From an uncultured Clostridium sp. (GTDB lineage Bacteria; Bacillota_I; Bacilli_A; RF39; UBA660), in assembly GCA_946402315.1 (NCBI GenBank), contig CAMIWC010000003.1, positions 12,879 to 76,878 on the forward strand: a stretch of 64,000 bases of DNA. The letters are read 5' to 3'. The notes under the pieces are model-generated. The model made no database searches and had not been told where the DNA came from. It saw only the letters and a list, made by a program, of their open reading frames with translations. Every line of letters starts with the position of its first letter. The first letter of the stretch is position 1. Of this stretch, positions 52,782 through 61,211 are shown piece by piece. A program made the position numbers and the translations under genes.

Positions 52782-52958
52782 ATGAATTTTGATTTAAATA
52801 ATTTAGATGAATGTATTAATATACTTACAGATGATCAATCATTAGTAGATGAATTACCTGAAGAGGCAGTAGATACTTTAATTGATTATTTACAAAAAGA
52901 GATAGCAAGAAAAGAAACATTATTAAAGCAATTACAAGAAACAAATACAGAAGAATAG
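52782..52958 (+). CDS. Small acidic protein (58 aa), not in ORF track
   Basis: ATG 1 nt after the upstream stop; MNFDLNNLDECINILTDDQSLVDELPEE...; followed by a terminator-like T run. Confidence 0.6.
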   Translation: MNFDLNNLDECINILTDDQSLVDELPEEAVDTLIDYLQKEIARKETLLKQLQETNTEE

Positions 52959-53034
52959 TATTAACTATATCTTCTTTTTTTGTATGTTATAATTATATTG
53001 AATTAATTATGATATAATTATCATAGGAGGATAT

Positions 53035-54408
53035 ATGAAAAATAAAATATTTATATTAGTAGCGATTCTTTTATTAGTAGTTTTAGGAGTAGTTGGTTTT
53101 ATTCTAACTAATAAACCTAATGAAGAAGATTTATCTATTATTACTTTAGATATAAATCCTAGTATTGAAATTAAAGTTAATAAAGATAATAAAGTAAAAT
53201 CTATTACTGCTTTAAATGATGATGCTAAAGAAATAGTTAAAGATGTAGAAAATGGTGATTTAGAAGAATCATTAAAGAAATTAATAGATAATTTATATAG
53301 TAGTAATTATTTAGAAGAAAGATATGTAGTTATAATTATGCATGTAGAAGGAACTAATAATAATTATGAAGACATAATTAGACGTAATTTTGAAGAAAAA
53401 GAAGCATATGCAGAAATAATTACAATTAATGAAATATCTAAAGAAGATAAAGAACTAGCTAAAAAATATAATATTACACCAGCAAAAGCTGCTTATATTA
53501 ACGCTATATCTAAAGAAACAAATATAGATGTAGAAGTACTAGCAAATAAACCAGCAGAAGAATTAAAAGATACTAAAGAGCGCGGTACATATTGTGATGA
53601 TGGTTATATTTTAGAAGGAGATTGGTGCTTAAAAGAAACAAATAGAGTACCAGCTACTAATGGACAAGTATGTCCTGAAGGATATTTAGAATATCAAGGT
53701 AAATGTTATGAAGAAAAACCATCAGAAGAAACAGGAGTATTAAAATGTAGAAATGGTTATACTCTAAAAAATGAAAAATGTATTAGAATGGTTACTGAAA
53801 ATGCTTTTCCTAATGAATATGAATGTTCTAAAGGAGAATTAAAAAAGAAAAGTGAAATAGGTCTTTCAGTTGGAGGTTCAGGTGATGATACTTATGTCTG
53901 CGCAGATACTTCTACTGCTAAAGAACCAGTACTAAGATGTTTAAATAACTCTGGACATATTATGATTAATGGTAAATGTTATAATGGACCAGCTCCTACA
54001 ATAAATGGAGGATGTCCTAATGGAGATACTTTAAGAAATGGATGGTGTTATTCATTAGATTCATACGATCAATATGAATGTCCTGATGGAAAAATATATG
54101 AAAAATCTAAAGGATCAGTTCCTAAATATTGTCCTGATACTATTAAAACAACAAAACCTACTATTAAATCATATAAATGTAATGAAGGATTTACTTTAGA
54201 TGATACTAAATGTATTAAAGAAGAAACAGAAGATCCAGAACGCGAAAAAAAATGTCCAGATGGATTCACTACAGTAAATAATGATAGATGTATTAATTAT
54301 AATAATATTAAAGCTAAAGTAGATGGATATTACTGTGAAAATGAACATGCTAGATTAAGGGGTTCAACATGTGTTATCTATGAAATGATAGAAGCTAAAC
54401 ATAATTAA
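53035..54408 (+). CDS. Membrane protein with RsgI-like extracytoplasmic domain and Cys-rich repeats
   Basis: TM then ITLDINPSIEIKVN...ALNDDAK (RsgI periplasmic motif); repeated C-x-x-G-(Y/F)-x-L...C units. Confidence 0.75.
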   Translation: MKNKIFILVAILLLVVLGVVGFILTNKPNEEDLSIITLDINPSIEIKVNKDNKVKSITALNDDAKEIVKDVENGDLEESLKKLIDNLYSSNYLEERYVVIIMHVEGTNNNYEDIIRRNFEEKEAYAEIITINEISKEDKELAKKYNITPAKAAYINAISKETNIDVEVLANKPAEELKDTKERGTYCDDGYILEGDWCLKETNRVPATNGQVCPEGYLEYQGKCYEEKPSEETGVLKCRNGYTLKNEKCIRMVTENAFPNEYECSKGELKKKSEIGLSVGGSGDDTYVCADTSTAKEPVLRCLNNSGHIMINGKCYNGPAPTINGGCPNGDTLRNGWCYSLDSYDQYECPDGKIYEKSKGSVPKYCPDTIKTTKPTIKSYKCNEGFTLDDTKCIKEETEDPEREKKCPDGFTTVNNDRCINYNNIKAKVDGYYCENEHARLRGSTCVIYEMIEAKHN

Positions 54409-54421
54409 ATAAGAGGTAGAA

Positions 54422-54703
54422 ATGAAACACTATATTATTATTAAATTTAAAGATGGATACAATTACATAAATGAAATAGATAGTATTAATAATCTATTTA
54501 ATGAAGCATTAAGTATTAATGGAATTAATAAAATAAATATTTACAAATCTAATTCTAGTCTAAGTAATAGATATGATTTAATGATAGAAATGATTTTAAC
54601 TAAAGAAGCATTAACTGAATTTGATAATTCTTCGATTCATAAAAAATGGAAAGAAGATTATGGTAACACAATAGAAAACAAAGTAATATTTGACTGTGAA
54701 TAG
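54422..54703 (+). CDS. Dabb-like stress-responsive alpha/beta barrel protein
   Basis: MKHYIIIKFK...RYDLMIEM...HKKWK...KVIFDCE. Confidence 0.7.
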   Translation: MKHYIIIKFKDGYNYINEIDSINNLFNEALSINGINKINIYKSNSSLSNRYDLMIEMILTKEALTEFDNSSIHKKWKEDYGNTIENKVIFDCE

Positions 54704-54782
54704 GTAAAAAATAGGAATTCTACTGATAGTTCCTGTTTTTTTATAAAAGATATTATTAAGATTACATCATAAGGAGGATATT

Positions 54783-55802
54783 ATGAATCAATTAAAAATT
54801 GGAAGATTTATTAAAGAAAGAAGAAAAGAAAAGAATTTAACTCAAGAAGTATTGGCAGAAAAATTAAGAGTATCTAATCGAACTATATCTAAATGGGAAA
54901 ATGGTAATAGTATTCCAGATTATTCTATACTAAATGATTTATGTAAAGAATTAGATATTTCAATAGATGAATTATTTAAAGGAGAAAAAATTAATAAAAA
55001 TAATTATAAACAATTAGAAGAATTATTTAAATTAGATAAAAAGAAGAGAAGAAAAAGACTAATACTTATATTATTTTTAGTATTAATATTTTTATTTCTA
55101 ATGTATAAACTATTTATCTTTAATTTTTACATAACTAGAAATAAATCTGATCACCAAGATAATACTTTTCCCTATAATGAAAACATTTCAGATTTAACTA
55201 TTAAAAATAATGATAATGCTAATACAACTATAGATGATAAATTACATATTTATATTCCAGATAATTTTGTTCTAGTAACTGATAAATCTAAATCTCACTT
55301 TGTTAAAGATAACTGTAATACATATATAAATAATCTAGATGATAATAAATTCGATTCAGCTATCATAGTATGTAATAATGATTATGATAATATAATTAAC
55401 TTAGATCATTATGAAATAAATAATTCTATTATTCCATTTTTAGATGTAACTTCTACATTAAAGAAAAACAAAATTAATGATGTAATAGATATCATGAAAT
55501 ATTATCAAAAGCACTACAAAGATAAATTAAATATATTTACTAGTACTAATAAATTAAAGATGTATTACATCTCTAAAAAATATATAGATGAAGTAATACC
55601 TACATATAATAGTTTCTATTATATAAATGGTGATTTATATGGATATTTATTAAATAATAGTAATATTAATTATCAAATAAACATTTATTTTGAAGAAGAA
55701 AATCAAGATTATTCTTATAGTATTTCCTTTATAAATAATAAAGTAGAATACTTTAATTTAGATAATACTCTAGAAATAGTTAAAAGTATAAAAGTAGATT
55801 AA
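54783..55802 (+). CDS. XRE-family HTH regulator with TM and extracellular domain
   Basis: LTQEVLAEKLRVSNRTISKWENG then a TM helix. Confidence 0.85.
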   Translation: MNQLKIGRFIKERRKEKNLTQEVLAEKLRVSNRTISKWENGNSIPDYSILNDLCKELDISIDELFKGEKINKNNYKQLEELFKLDKKKRRKRLILILFLVLIFLFLMYKLFIFNFYITRNKSDHQDNTFPYNENISDLTIKNNDNANTTIDDKLHIYIPDNFVLVTDKSKSHFVKDNCNTYINNLDDNKFDSAIIVCNNDYDNIINLDHYEINNSIIPFLDVTSTLKKNKINDVIDIMKYYQKHYKDKLNIFTSTNKLKMYYISKKYIDEVIPTYNSFYYINGDLYGYLLNNSNINYQINIYFEEENQDYSYSISFINNKVEYFNLDNTLEIVKSIKVD

Positions 55803-55863
55803 TTCTACTTTTTTTGTTATAATTAAAAGGATTATTATTCTATTTAATAGTATAAGGAGATTT

Positions 55864-56529
55864 ATGGAAGTAAAAAGTATAAGTGAAATAAATGGTATAA
55901 ATTTAGTAGAAAATACTGATTTAAATATTTTATCAGTAGGTATAAGTACTGCTGGTAATGCTGAAATAGAAATGGCTAAAAAGAATCCTAATTGTCATAT
56001 TATTGCAACTACTATAGATGAAGAGGGTATAAAACTAACTAAAGAAGTAATAACTAAGCAAGGATTAGAAGATAGAATAGAATTAAAGATAGAAGATATA
56101 TCTAAAAAAATGAAATATAAAGATAACTACTTTGATTATATTTATGCTAGATTAGTTCTTCATTATTTAGATAATGAAAAATTAAAGAATGCATTAACTG
56201 AAATATATAGAGTATTAAATACAAATGGAAAATTTTTTATTGTAGTACGTAGTATAAATGCATGGGAAACTAAATTAGAGGGAACTTCTTATGATGATGT
56301 AACAGGTTTAACTAAATGTATTGATCTTAAATCAAAAGATACAGATAGTATTAAATATTATTATAGAAGATTACATAGTAAAGAATCTATTACTAAATTT
56401 CTAGAAGAAGCTGGATTTAAAATAGAACACATAAAAATATATGATGAATATTTAAGTATTGATTATAATAGAAAACAAATGAACGATAAGCCTAGTGAAC
56501 TTATAGAAGTTTTAGCACGAAAAGTTTAG
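55864..56529 (+). CDS. Class I SAM-dependent methyltransferase
   Basis: ILSVGISTAG, FDYIYARLVLHYL, RVLNTNGKFFI. Confidence 0.82.
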   Translation: MEVKSISEINGINLVENTDLNILSVGISTAGNAEIEMAKKNPNCHIIATTIDEEGIKLTKEVITKQGLEDRIELKIEDISKKMKYKDNYFDYIYARLVLHYLDNEKLKNALTEIYRVLNTNGKFFIVVRSINAWETKLEGTSYDDVTGLTKCIDLKSKDTDSIKYYYRRLHSKESITKFLEEAGFKIEHIKIYDEYLSIDYNRKQMNDKPSELIEVLARKV

Positions 56530-56558
56530 ATATAGATTATATAATTGGAGATGATATT

Positions 56559-56957
56559 ATTAGAAAAATTATTATAGCTGGTAGTTCATCATTTTATAAA
56601 GAAGCTCTTGAAATAAAAAAAGAACTTGAAAAGATAAACTATGATGTCATTGATTATCCTAAAAAAATTAATGATGATAATAAACTTGAATATAAAAAAA
56701 CATATGAAAACTTTTATAATAATTTAAATAAAACAAACGATTTATTATTACTTAATATGGATAAAAAAGGAATTGAAGGTTATATTGGATATGAATCTTT
56801 TGCGGAATTAAGTTATTTAATTGTAAATAAAATACAAACTAATAAAAATCATAAAATATATATTTATAAAATGCCAAGCACTAGAGTTGGATGTTATGAT
56901 GAAATAAAACAATTTTTAGATATTGGTTATATTGAAATATTTAAAAATAATAACTAA
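56559..56957 (+). CDS. Hypothetical 132-aa protein with probable ATT start (NDT/Maf-like flavodoxin-type fold)
   Basis: Frame is open ~200 nt upstream of the track ATG (56757); GGAGATGAT RBS then ATT-AGA-AAA-ATT; RKIIIAGSSSF...LLLNMDKKGIEGYIGYESFAEL. Confidence 0.6.
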   Translation: MRKIIIAGSSSFYKEALEIKKELEKINYDVIDYPKKINDDNKLEYKKTYENFYNNLNKTNDLLLLNMDKKGIEGYIGYESFAELSYLIVNKIQTNKNHKIYIYKMPSTRVGCYDEIKQFLDIGYIEIFKNNN

Positions 56958-56966
56958 GGAGAATTT

Positions 56967-57431
56967 ATGTTAAGAATTTTTGATAAGGATAAAGAAATAA
57001 AATATGATATTAATACATATATAACTGATATATTTCCATTAGAGAATTTTTCTGCTTTTGGATTAACTATGGATGGAATATATTTTAAAACAGGTGAACA
57101 CGCATTCCAATATTTAAAATTTAAAGATAAGGATATATGTAACAAAATAATCAACTGCAACAACCCATATGAAGCAAGAATATTGGGTGGGGAGAACAAG
57201 AGTAAAAGAATTCCAAATTGGTCTGAAGTTAAATATGATTATTTAGAAAAAGTATTTAGATTAAAAGTTGAACAAGATCCTAAAGTCAAAGAAGCTTTAC
57301 TTGCTACTAAAGATTATCAAATATGTGAATACTGTGTTGATGAAGATACTGAATGGGGATTAGACAAAAATGGTAATGGAGAAAATAGATTAGGTAAAGC
57401 ATGGATGAATGTTAGAAATAGTCTAAGATAG
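56967..57431 (+). CDS. NADAR (YbiA-like) family protein
   Basis: LENFSAF, FKTGEHAFQYLKF, NWSEVK, LLAT, EWG...GENRLGKAWMNVR. Confidence 0.88.
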   Translation: MLRIFDKDKEIKYDINTYITDIFPLENFSAFGLTMDGIYFKTGEHAFQYLKFKDKDICNKIINCNNPYEARILGGENKSKRIPNWSEVKYDYLEKVFRLKVEQDPKVKEALLATKDYQICEYCVDEDTEWGLDKNGNGENRLGKAWMNVRNSLR

Positions 57432-57600
57432 ATTATTCATAGGTATCATTTTTTATATACGAGAAATAACTAGGTAAAGAATTACTATAAATGATGAAAA
57501 TATAATTGAATCAGATAATTCTAGAAAAAATATTTTGATAGAGAAAATAAAAATATTATAAAAATAATAAAAATGAAATTAAAAAAATAGAGGTGATACT

Positions 57601-57876
57601 ATGGTAATATTTTGTACAGCATATTATGTACTAAGTTATATTCAATCAATACCACAAATAATTAAACTAATAAAAAATAAATCAAGTAATGATTATAGTT
57701 TAGGTACAATAGCATTAAAATTATTAGCTTTAATATGTTGGTCATTATATATATTTACATCCGTACAAAGTATTGTTGTATATATAGGAACAATTACTGA
57801 TTTAATATTACTTCTATTTGAAGATTTTTTAATTATTAAATACTATAAATTTAATATAAAAAGGAGAAATGCTTAA
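57601..57876 (+). CDS. PQ-loop / SemiSWEET-like small membrane protein
   Basis: IPQIIKLIKNKSSNDYSL; three TMs. Confidence 0.8.
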   Translation: MVIFCTAYYVLSYIQSIPQIIKLIKNKSSNDYSLGTIALKLLALICWSLYIFTSVQSIVVYIGTITDLILLLFEDFLIIKYYKFNIKRRNA

Positions 57877-58271
57877 TGAATACATTCAATATTATTAATG
57901 AATTAGTTGTATCAAATATAACTGAGTCAATAGAGTTTTATAATAATTATTTTGGATTTGTTGTAGAACAGACTGATGGAAATCCAATATCATGGGTACA
58001 ATTAAGTAAAAATGGTGAAACACTAATGTTAGAAGATTACAAGATAGTAGAAAGTGAGATTCATAATTATCCCAAAAAAGCAAATAGTAGTAATATAATA
58101 AAGTTCGAATATAATAATTTAGATGAATTTAAAGAACTATATAATAAACTTAAAGAAAACAAAATAGAATTTATAATAGAATATACAGAAACTGATTATG
58201 GCAAAGTAGAATTTGGAATATATGATTTGGATAGAAATATTATATTAATTTCATCATTTATGAATATTTAA
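57876..58271 (+). CDS. VOC/glyoxalase family protein
   Basis: LVVSNITESIEFY...FGF, TDYGKVEFGIYDLDRN. Confidence 0.85.
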   Translation: MNTFNIINELVVSNITESIEFYNNYFGFVVEQTDGNPISWVQLSKNGETLMLEDYKIVESEIHNYPKKANSSNIIKFEYNNLDEFKELYNKLKENKIEFIIEYTETDYGKVEFGIYDLDRNIILISSFMNI

Positions 58272-58349
58272 ATAATTAATTGATTAATGATGTTTTAAAG
58301 GGATAATAAATTGATTAAAATGAATTAGATAATATAAAAAGGTGATATT

Positions 58350-59513
58350 ATGGATGAAAAATTAAAGAAAAAGAATCATTTTATTCATTTTATTGAAAAA
58401 TGGTTTATTATTGGTATTATATTATTTATTATCATTCAGCTTACTGCTTTAAAAATAATAGATGCTTTTATTCCAAAAAATCAAAGACTTAATTATGACC
58501 AATATGAAGAATATGATAAAGATTATATTGGTCATTGGTACAATGGAACTTTCTTCATTACTATGACTGTTAATGAAAATTTTGAAAGTCAAGAAAAGTA
58601 TGAAGAAATGAACGAAAAATGTCAAAATGATTTAGGAAGAAAAATATGCTTTTTTGCAGGAAATATAGCTATAATAGTAGGTTTTTCATTTTTATGTATT
58701 GCTGCATATAATGAAAGAAAAATGAAACTATTAAAAGGTTATACTCCTAATTATATTATTCTAGGAGGACTATTTTTATTAATATATAAAATAATTGAAG
58801 AAATTGATTTATATATAGAGGTATTGTATTGGAATAAATATAGTAAAGGTTTTTTAAATACCGTTAGTTATTACCCACAAATGCATTATATATTTATTAT
58901 TCCAATGTTACTTATTTTTATGGGTTTAATAATTAGACAAAAACAAAGAAAAAATCTTAAATTATCAATAAATAATAATGAAAAAATAATTAAAATAGTT
59001 AGTGTTTTTACATTAATAATTGGTTTATCTTTTATTCTATATAGATTTGGAATAAGATTGTATGAATTAATGAATATGAATTCAAGTATAAATATTAGAC
59101 TGCCATTTTATTATTATATTTTTGATTTACCAAGAAGTTATGCTTCATCAGCTGCATATTCAAAATTAATTATATTGAGATTTATAAAAGATTTACCTAT
59201 TTTTATAACCTCAACTAGTTCTTTAATTTTGTTTTATAAAATAGTTTTATCTTCTATAAATAGTAAAATAATATCAAAAGAAAATAATAAGAGATATAGA
59301 ATTATCTTTATTTCATTAATAGTTGCTTCATTAATATTTAATATTTTAGGATTATATGAAGTTAAATTATTAAATAATGAATTCTTATATCAATATAAAG
59401 ATGCAACTTATACAATTGCTTTAAGAAGCATAACAGAACCATTATTATATGGATTATTTATATATATATTTAAACATTATATAGAATTAGCTTATACTAT
59501 GAAAGATAAATAA
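58350..59513 (+). CDS. Multi-pass membrane protein (possibly DUF2975-like)
   Basis: About 8 hydrophobic helices; family guess is weak. Confidence 0.6.
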   Translation: MDEKLKKKNHFIHFIEKWFIIGIILFIIIQLTALKIIDAFIPKNQRLNYDQYEEYDKDYIGHWYNGTFFITMTVNENFESQEKYEEMNEKCQNDLGRKICFFAGNIAIIVGFSFLCIAAYNERKMKLLKGYTPNYIILGGLFLLIYKIIEEIDLYIEVLYWNKYSKGFLNTVSYYPQMHYIFIIPMLLIFMGLIIRQKQRKNLKLSINNNEKIIKIVSVFTLIIGLSFILYRFGIRLYELMNMNSSINIRLPFYYYIFDLPRSYASSAAYSKLIILRFIKDLPIFITSTSSLILFYKIVLSSINSKIISKENNKRYRIIFISLIVASLIFNILGLYEVKLLNNEFLYQYKDATYTIALRSITEPLLYGLFIYIFKHYIELAYTMKDK

Positions 59514-59533
59514 TTTAAAAAGAGGTGAAATAA

Positions 59534-59881
59534 ATGATTATGCATTTGGATCCAGATGTATTTGAAGTTGTAAAATATGGTATTAAGAATATTGAAGCAA
59601 GAGTAAATGATGAAAAAAGAAGAAAATTAAAAGTTGGAGATAAAATAACAATTCTAAAAAGATTAGAAGAAACCGAACAAATTACAGCTATAGTAGAAGA
59701 TTTAAATTATTATGATAATTTTATTGATTTAGTTGCAGATTATACAATTGAAGAACTATATTTAAAAAAATATACAAAAGAAGATTATATAAATTTGTTA
59801 AAAAGATTTTATTCGGATGAAGAAATAAATCAAAATGGTGTTGTAGCTATAAAATTCAAAATTATAGATAGAATTAATTAA
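59534..59881 (+). CDS. ASCH domain protein
   Basis: GIKNIEARVNDEKRRKLKVGDKI. Confidence 0.88.
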   Translation: MIMHLDPDVFEVVKYGIKNIEARVNDEKRRKLKVGDKITILKRLEETEQITAIVEDLNYYDNFIDLVADYTIEELYLKKYTKEDYINLLKRFYSDEEINQNGVVAIKFKIIDRIN

Positions 59882-59945
59882 TAATATTATAATAATTGAT
59901 TCCTGGTATTGATGGTTAAAGTTTTGATAGACGAGGTGAATTTGA

Positions 59946-60389
59946 ATGGATAAAAAAATAAGAAAAGCAGTTAGAACGTACCTAATAGAAGATAATAGAG
60001 TTGTTGTTATAAATTATAAAGAACATGATAGTGGATATTATGATATTCCTGGTGGAAAAATTGAAGATGGTGAAACTGCTTATGAAACATCTATAAGGGA
60101 GTTTAAAGAAGAAACTGGTATAACAATTACAAGACAACATTGTATCGGCCATAATACTATTGAATATCCTGAAAGAATATTTGAATTTGATGTGTTTGTT
60201 GTTGATGAGTATTCTGGTGAACCTCTTGAATTTGAAGAAAATAAATCTATGTGGTTTAATATAGCTGATTTATATAAAGAAAGAAAATTATTTCCAAGTA
60301 TTGGAGTAATAAAATATCTAAAAGATAATATGAATATAAAAGTAGATTGTGATAGTAATCATAAGATATTAAGTATTGAAAATAAATAA
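59946..60389 (+). CDS. NUDIX hydrolase
   Basis: Nudix box PGGKIEDGETAYETSIREFKEETG. Confidence 0.92.
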   Translation: MDKKIRKAVRTYLIEDNRVVVINYKEHDSGYYDIPGGKIEDGETAYETSIREFKEETGITITRQHCIGHNTIEYPERIFEFDVFVVDEYSGEPLEFEENKSMWFNIADLYKERKLFPSIGVIKYLKDNMNIKVDCDSNHKILSIENK

Positions 60390-60456
60390 AGAGTTGATCC
60401 AAATGGATGAAAATATAACTAATATAAACTGGTTGATAACAATTCAGTCAAGACCA
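60388..60456 (+). repeat. Copy A of rbgA 5'-end repeat plus downstream arm (putative att junction)
   Basis: AAAGAGTTGATCCAAATGGATGAAAATATAACTAATATAAACTGGT|TGATAACAATTCAGTCAAGACCA. Confidence 0.9.
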
Positions 60457-60476
60457 AGAAAAAAGGAAGTGTAATA

Positions 60477-60998
60477 ATGAATTATACAATTAGATTAGCT
60501 AATCAAAATGATTGCAAAGAATTATCTGAATTAAAACATCAGGTTTGGACGGAAACATATCGTGGCATATATAGTGATGAAAAAATTGATAATTTTGATT
60601 ATTTAAAAAATGAAAAATATTTTTTAGATATAATTAATAACAAAAGCATAGATTTATATATTGTTGAAGATCAAAATAAAATTGTTGGTTACATGAGTTG
60701 TGGAACGCCACTTAGGCCATATAAAGATTATAAACAAGATGTTGGATTGCTATATATATTACAGAAATATCAAAGAAAAGGGATTGGAAAAGAGCTTTTT
60801 AATATAGCTTATAGAAGTATTAAAGAAAATGGATATAAAAAATTTTTTATAAGTTGTAATAAATATAACACTTCTGCTCAAGCATTTTATAAAAAAATGG
60901 GTGGAATAATAGATTGTATAGATGATGACAATATTGATAAATCACTTCCACAAATTAAATTTATTTATAAAATAAAAGGAGTTGATACAAATGAATAA
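60477..60998 (+). CDS. GNAT N-acetyltransferase
   Basis: VWTETYRGI, KIVGYM, LYILQKYQRKGIGKEL, AFYKKMGG. Confidence 0.92.
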   Translation: MNYTIRLANQNDCKELSELKHQVWTETYRGIYSDEKIDNFDYLKNEKYFLDIINNKSIDLYIVEDQNKIVGYMSCGTPLRPYKDYKQDVGLLYILQKYQRKGIGKELFNIAYRSIKENGYKKFFISCNKYNTSAQAFYKKMGGIIDCIDDDNIDKSLPQIKFIYKIKGVDTNE

Positions 60999-61046
60999 TG
61001 AAAATAAAACAAATATAAACTGGTTGATATTGATTTAGTCTAGCCA
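60975..61046 (+). repeat. Copy B of rbgA 5'-end repeat plus downstream arm (putative att junction)
   Basis: AAAGGAGTTGATACAAATGAATAATGAAAATAAAACAAATATAAACTGGT|TGATATTGATTTAGTCTAGCCA. Confidence 0.9.
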
Positions 61047-61211
61047 TTCATGAAACTCCTATAAAATAAGGAAATACTAATATTTAGTAATTACATAATT
61101 TAATAAATAATTACTGAAAAGTATTAAAAATATATAAAAAATAGTCAAAAATAGCATAGTATTTGATACTTGATGTTGACGGTTAACCAATTAATAAGAG
61201 AGGTGAAAAAA

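Noticed and set aside
1574-57199. Many short ORF-track calls antisense to or nested in real genes (e.g. 1574-1876, 2020-2229, 7506-7796, 21459-21770, 30477-30731, 32314-32679, 43483-43884, 45781-46128, 56954-57199)
   Set aside because: Shadows of well-supported genes; low-complexity translations without RBS or motifs.
57490-57524. ATGATGAAAATATAATTGAATC..., resembling copy A of the rbgA repeat
   Set aside because: Only ~12 AT-rich bases match; no ACTGGT core, RBS or distal arm. Could be an eroded junction but is not supportable by eye.
59890-59915. AATAATTGATTCCTGGTATTGAT, resembling the rbgA W-Y/F-P-G codons or the junction core
   Set aside because: Needs several substitutions and indels; indistinguishable from chance at this AT content.
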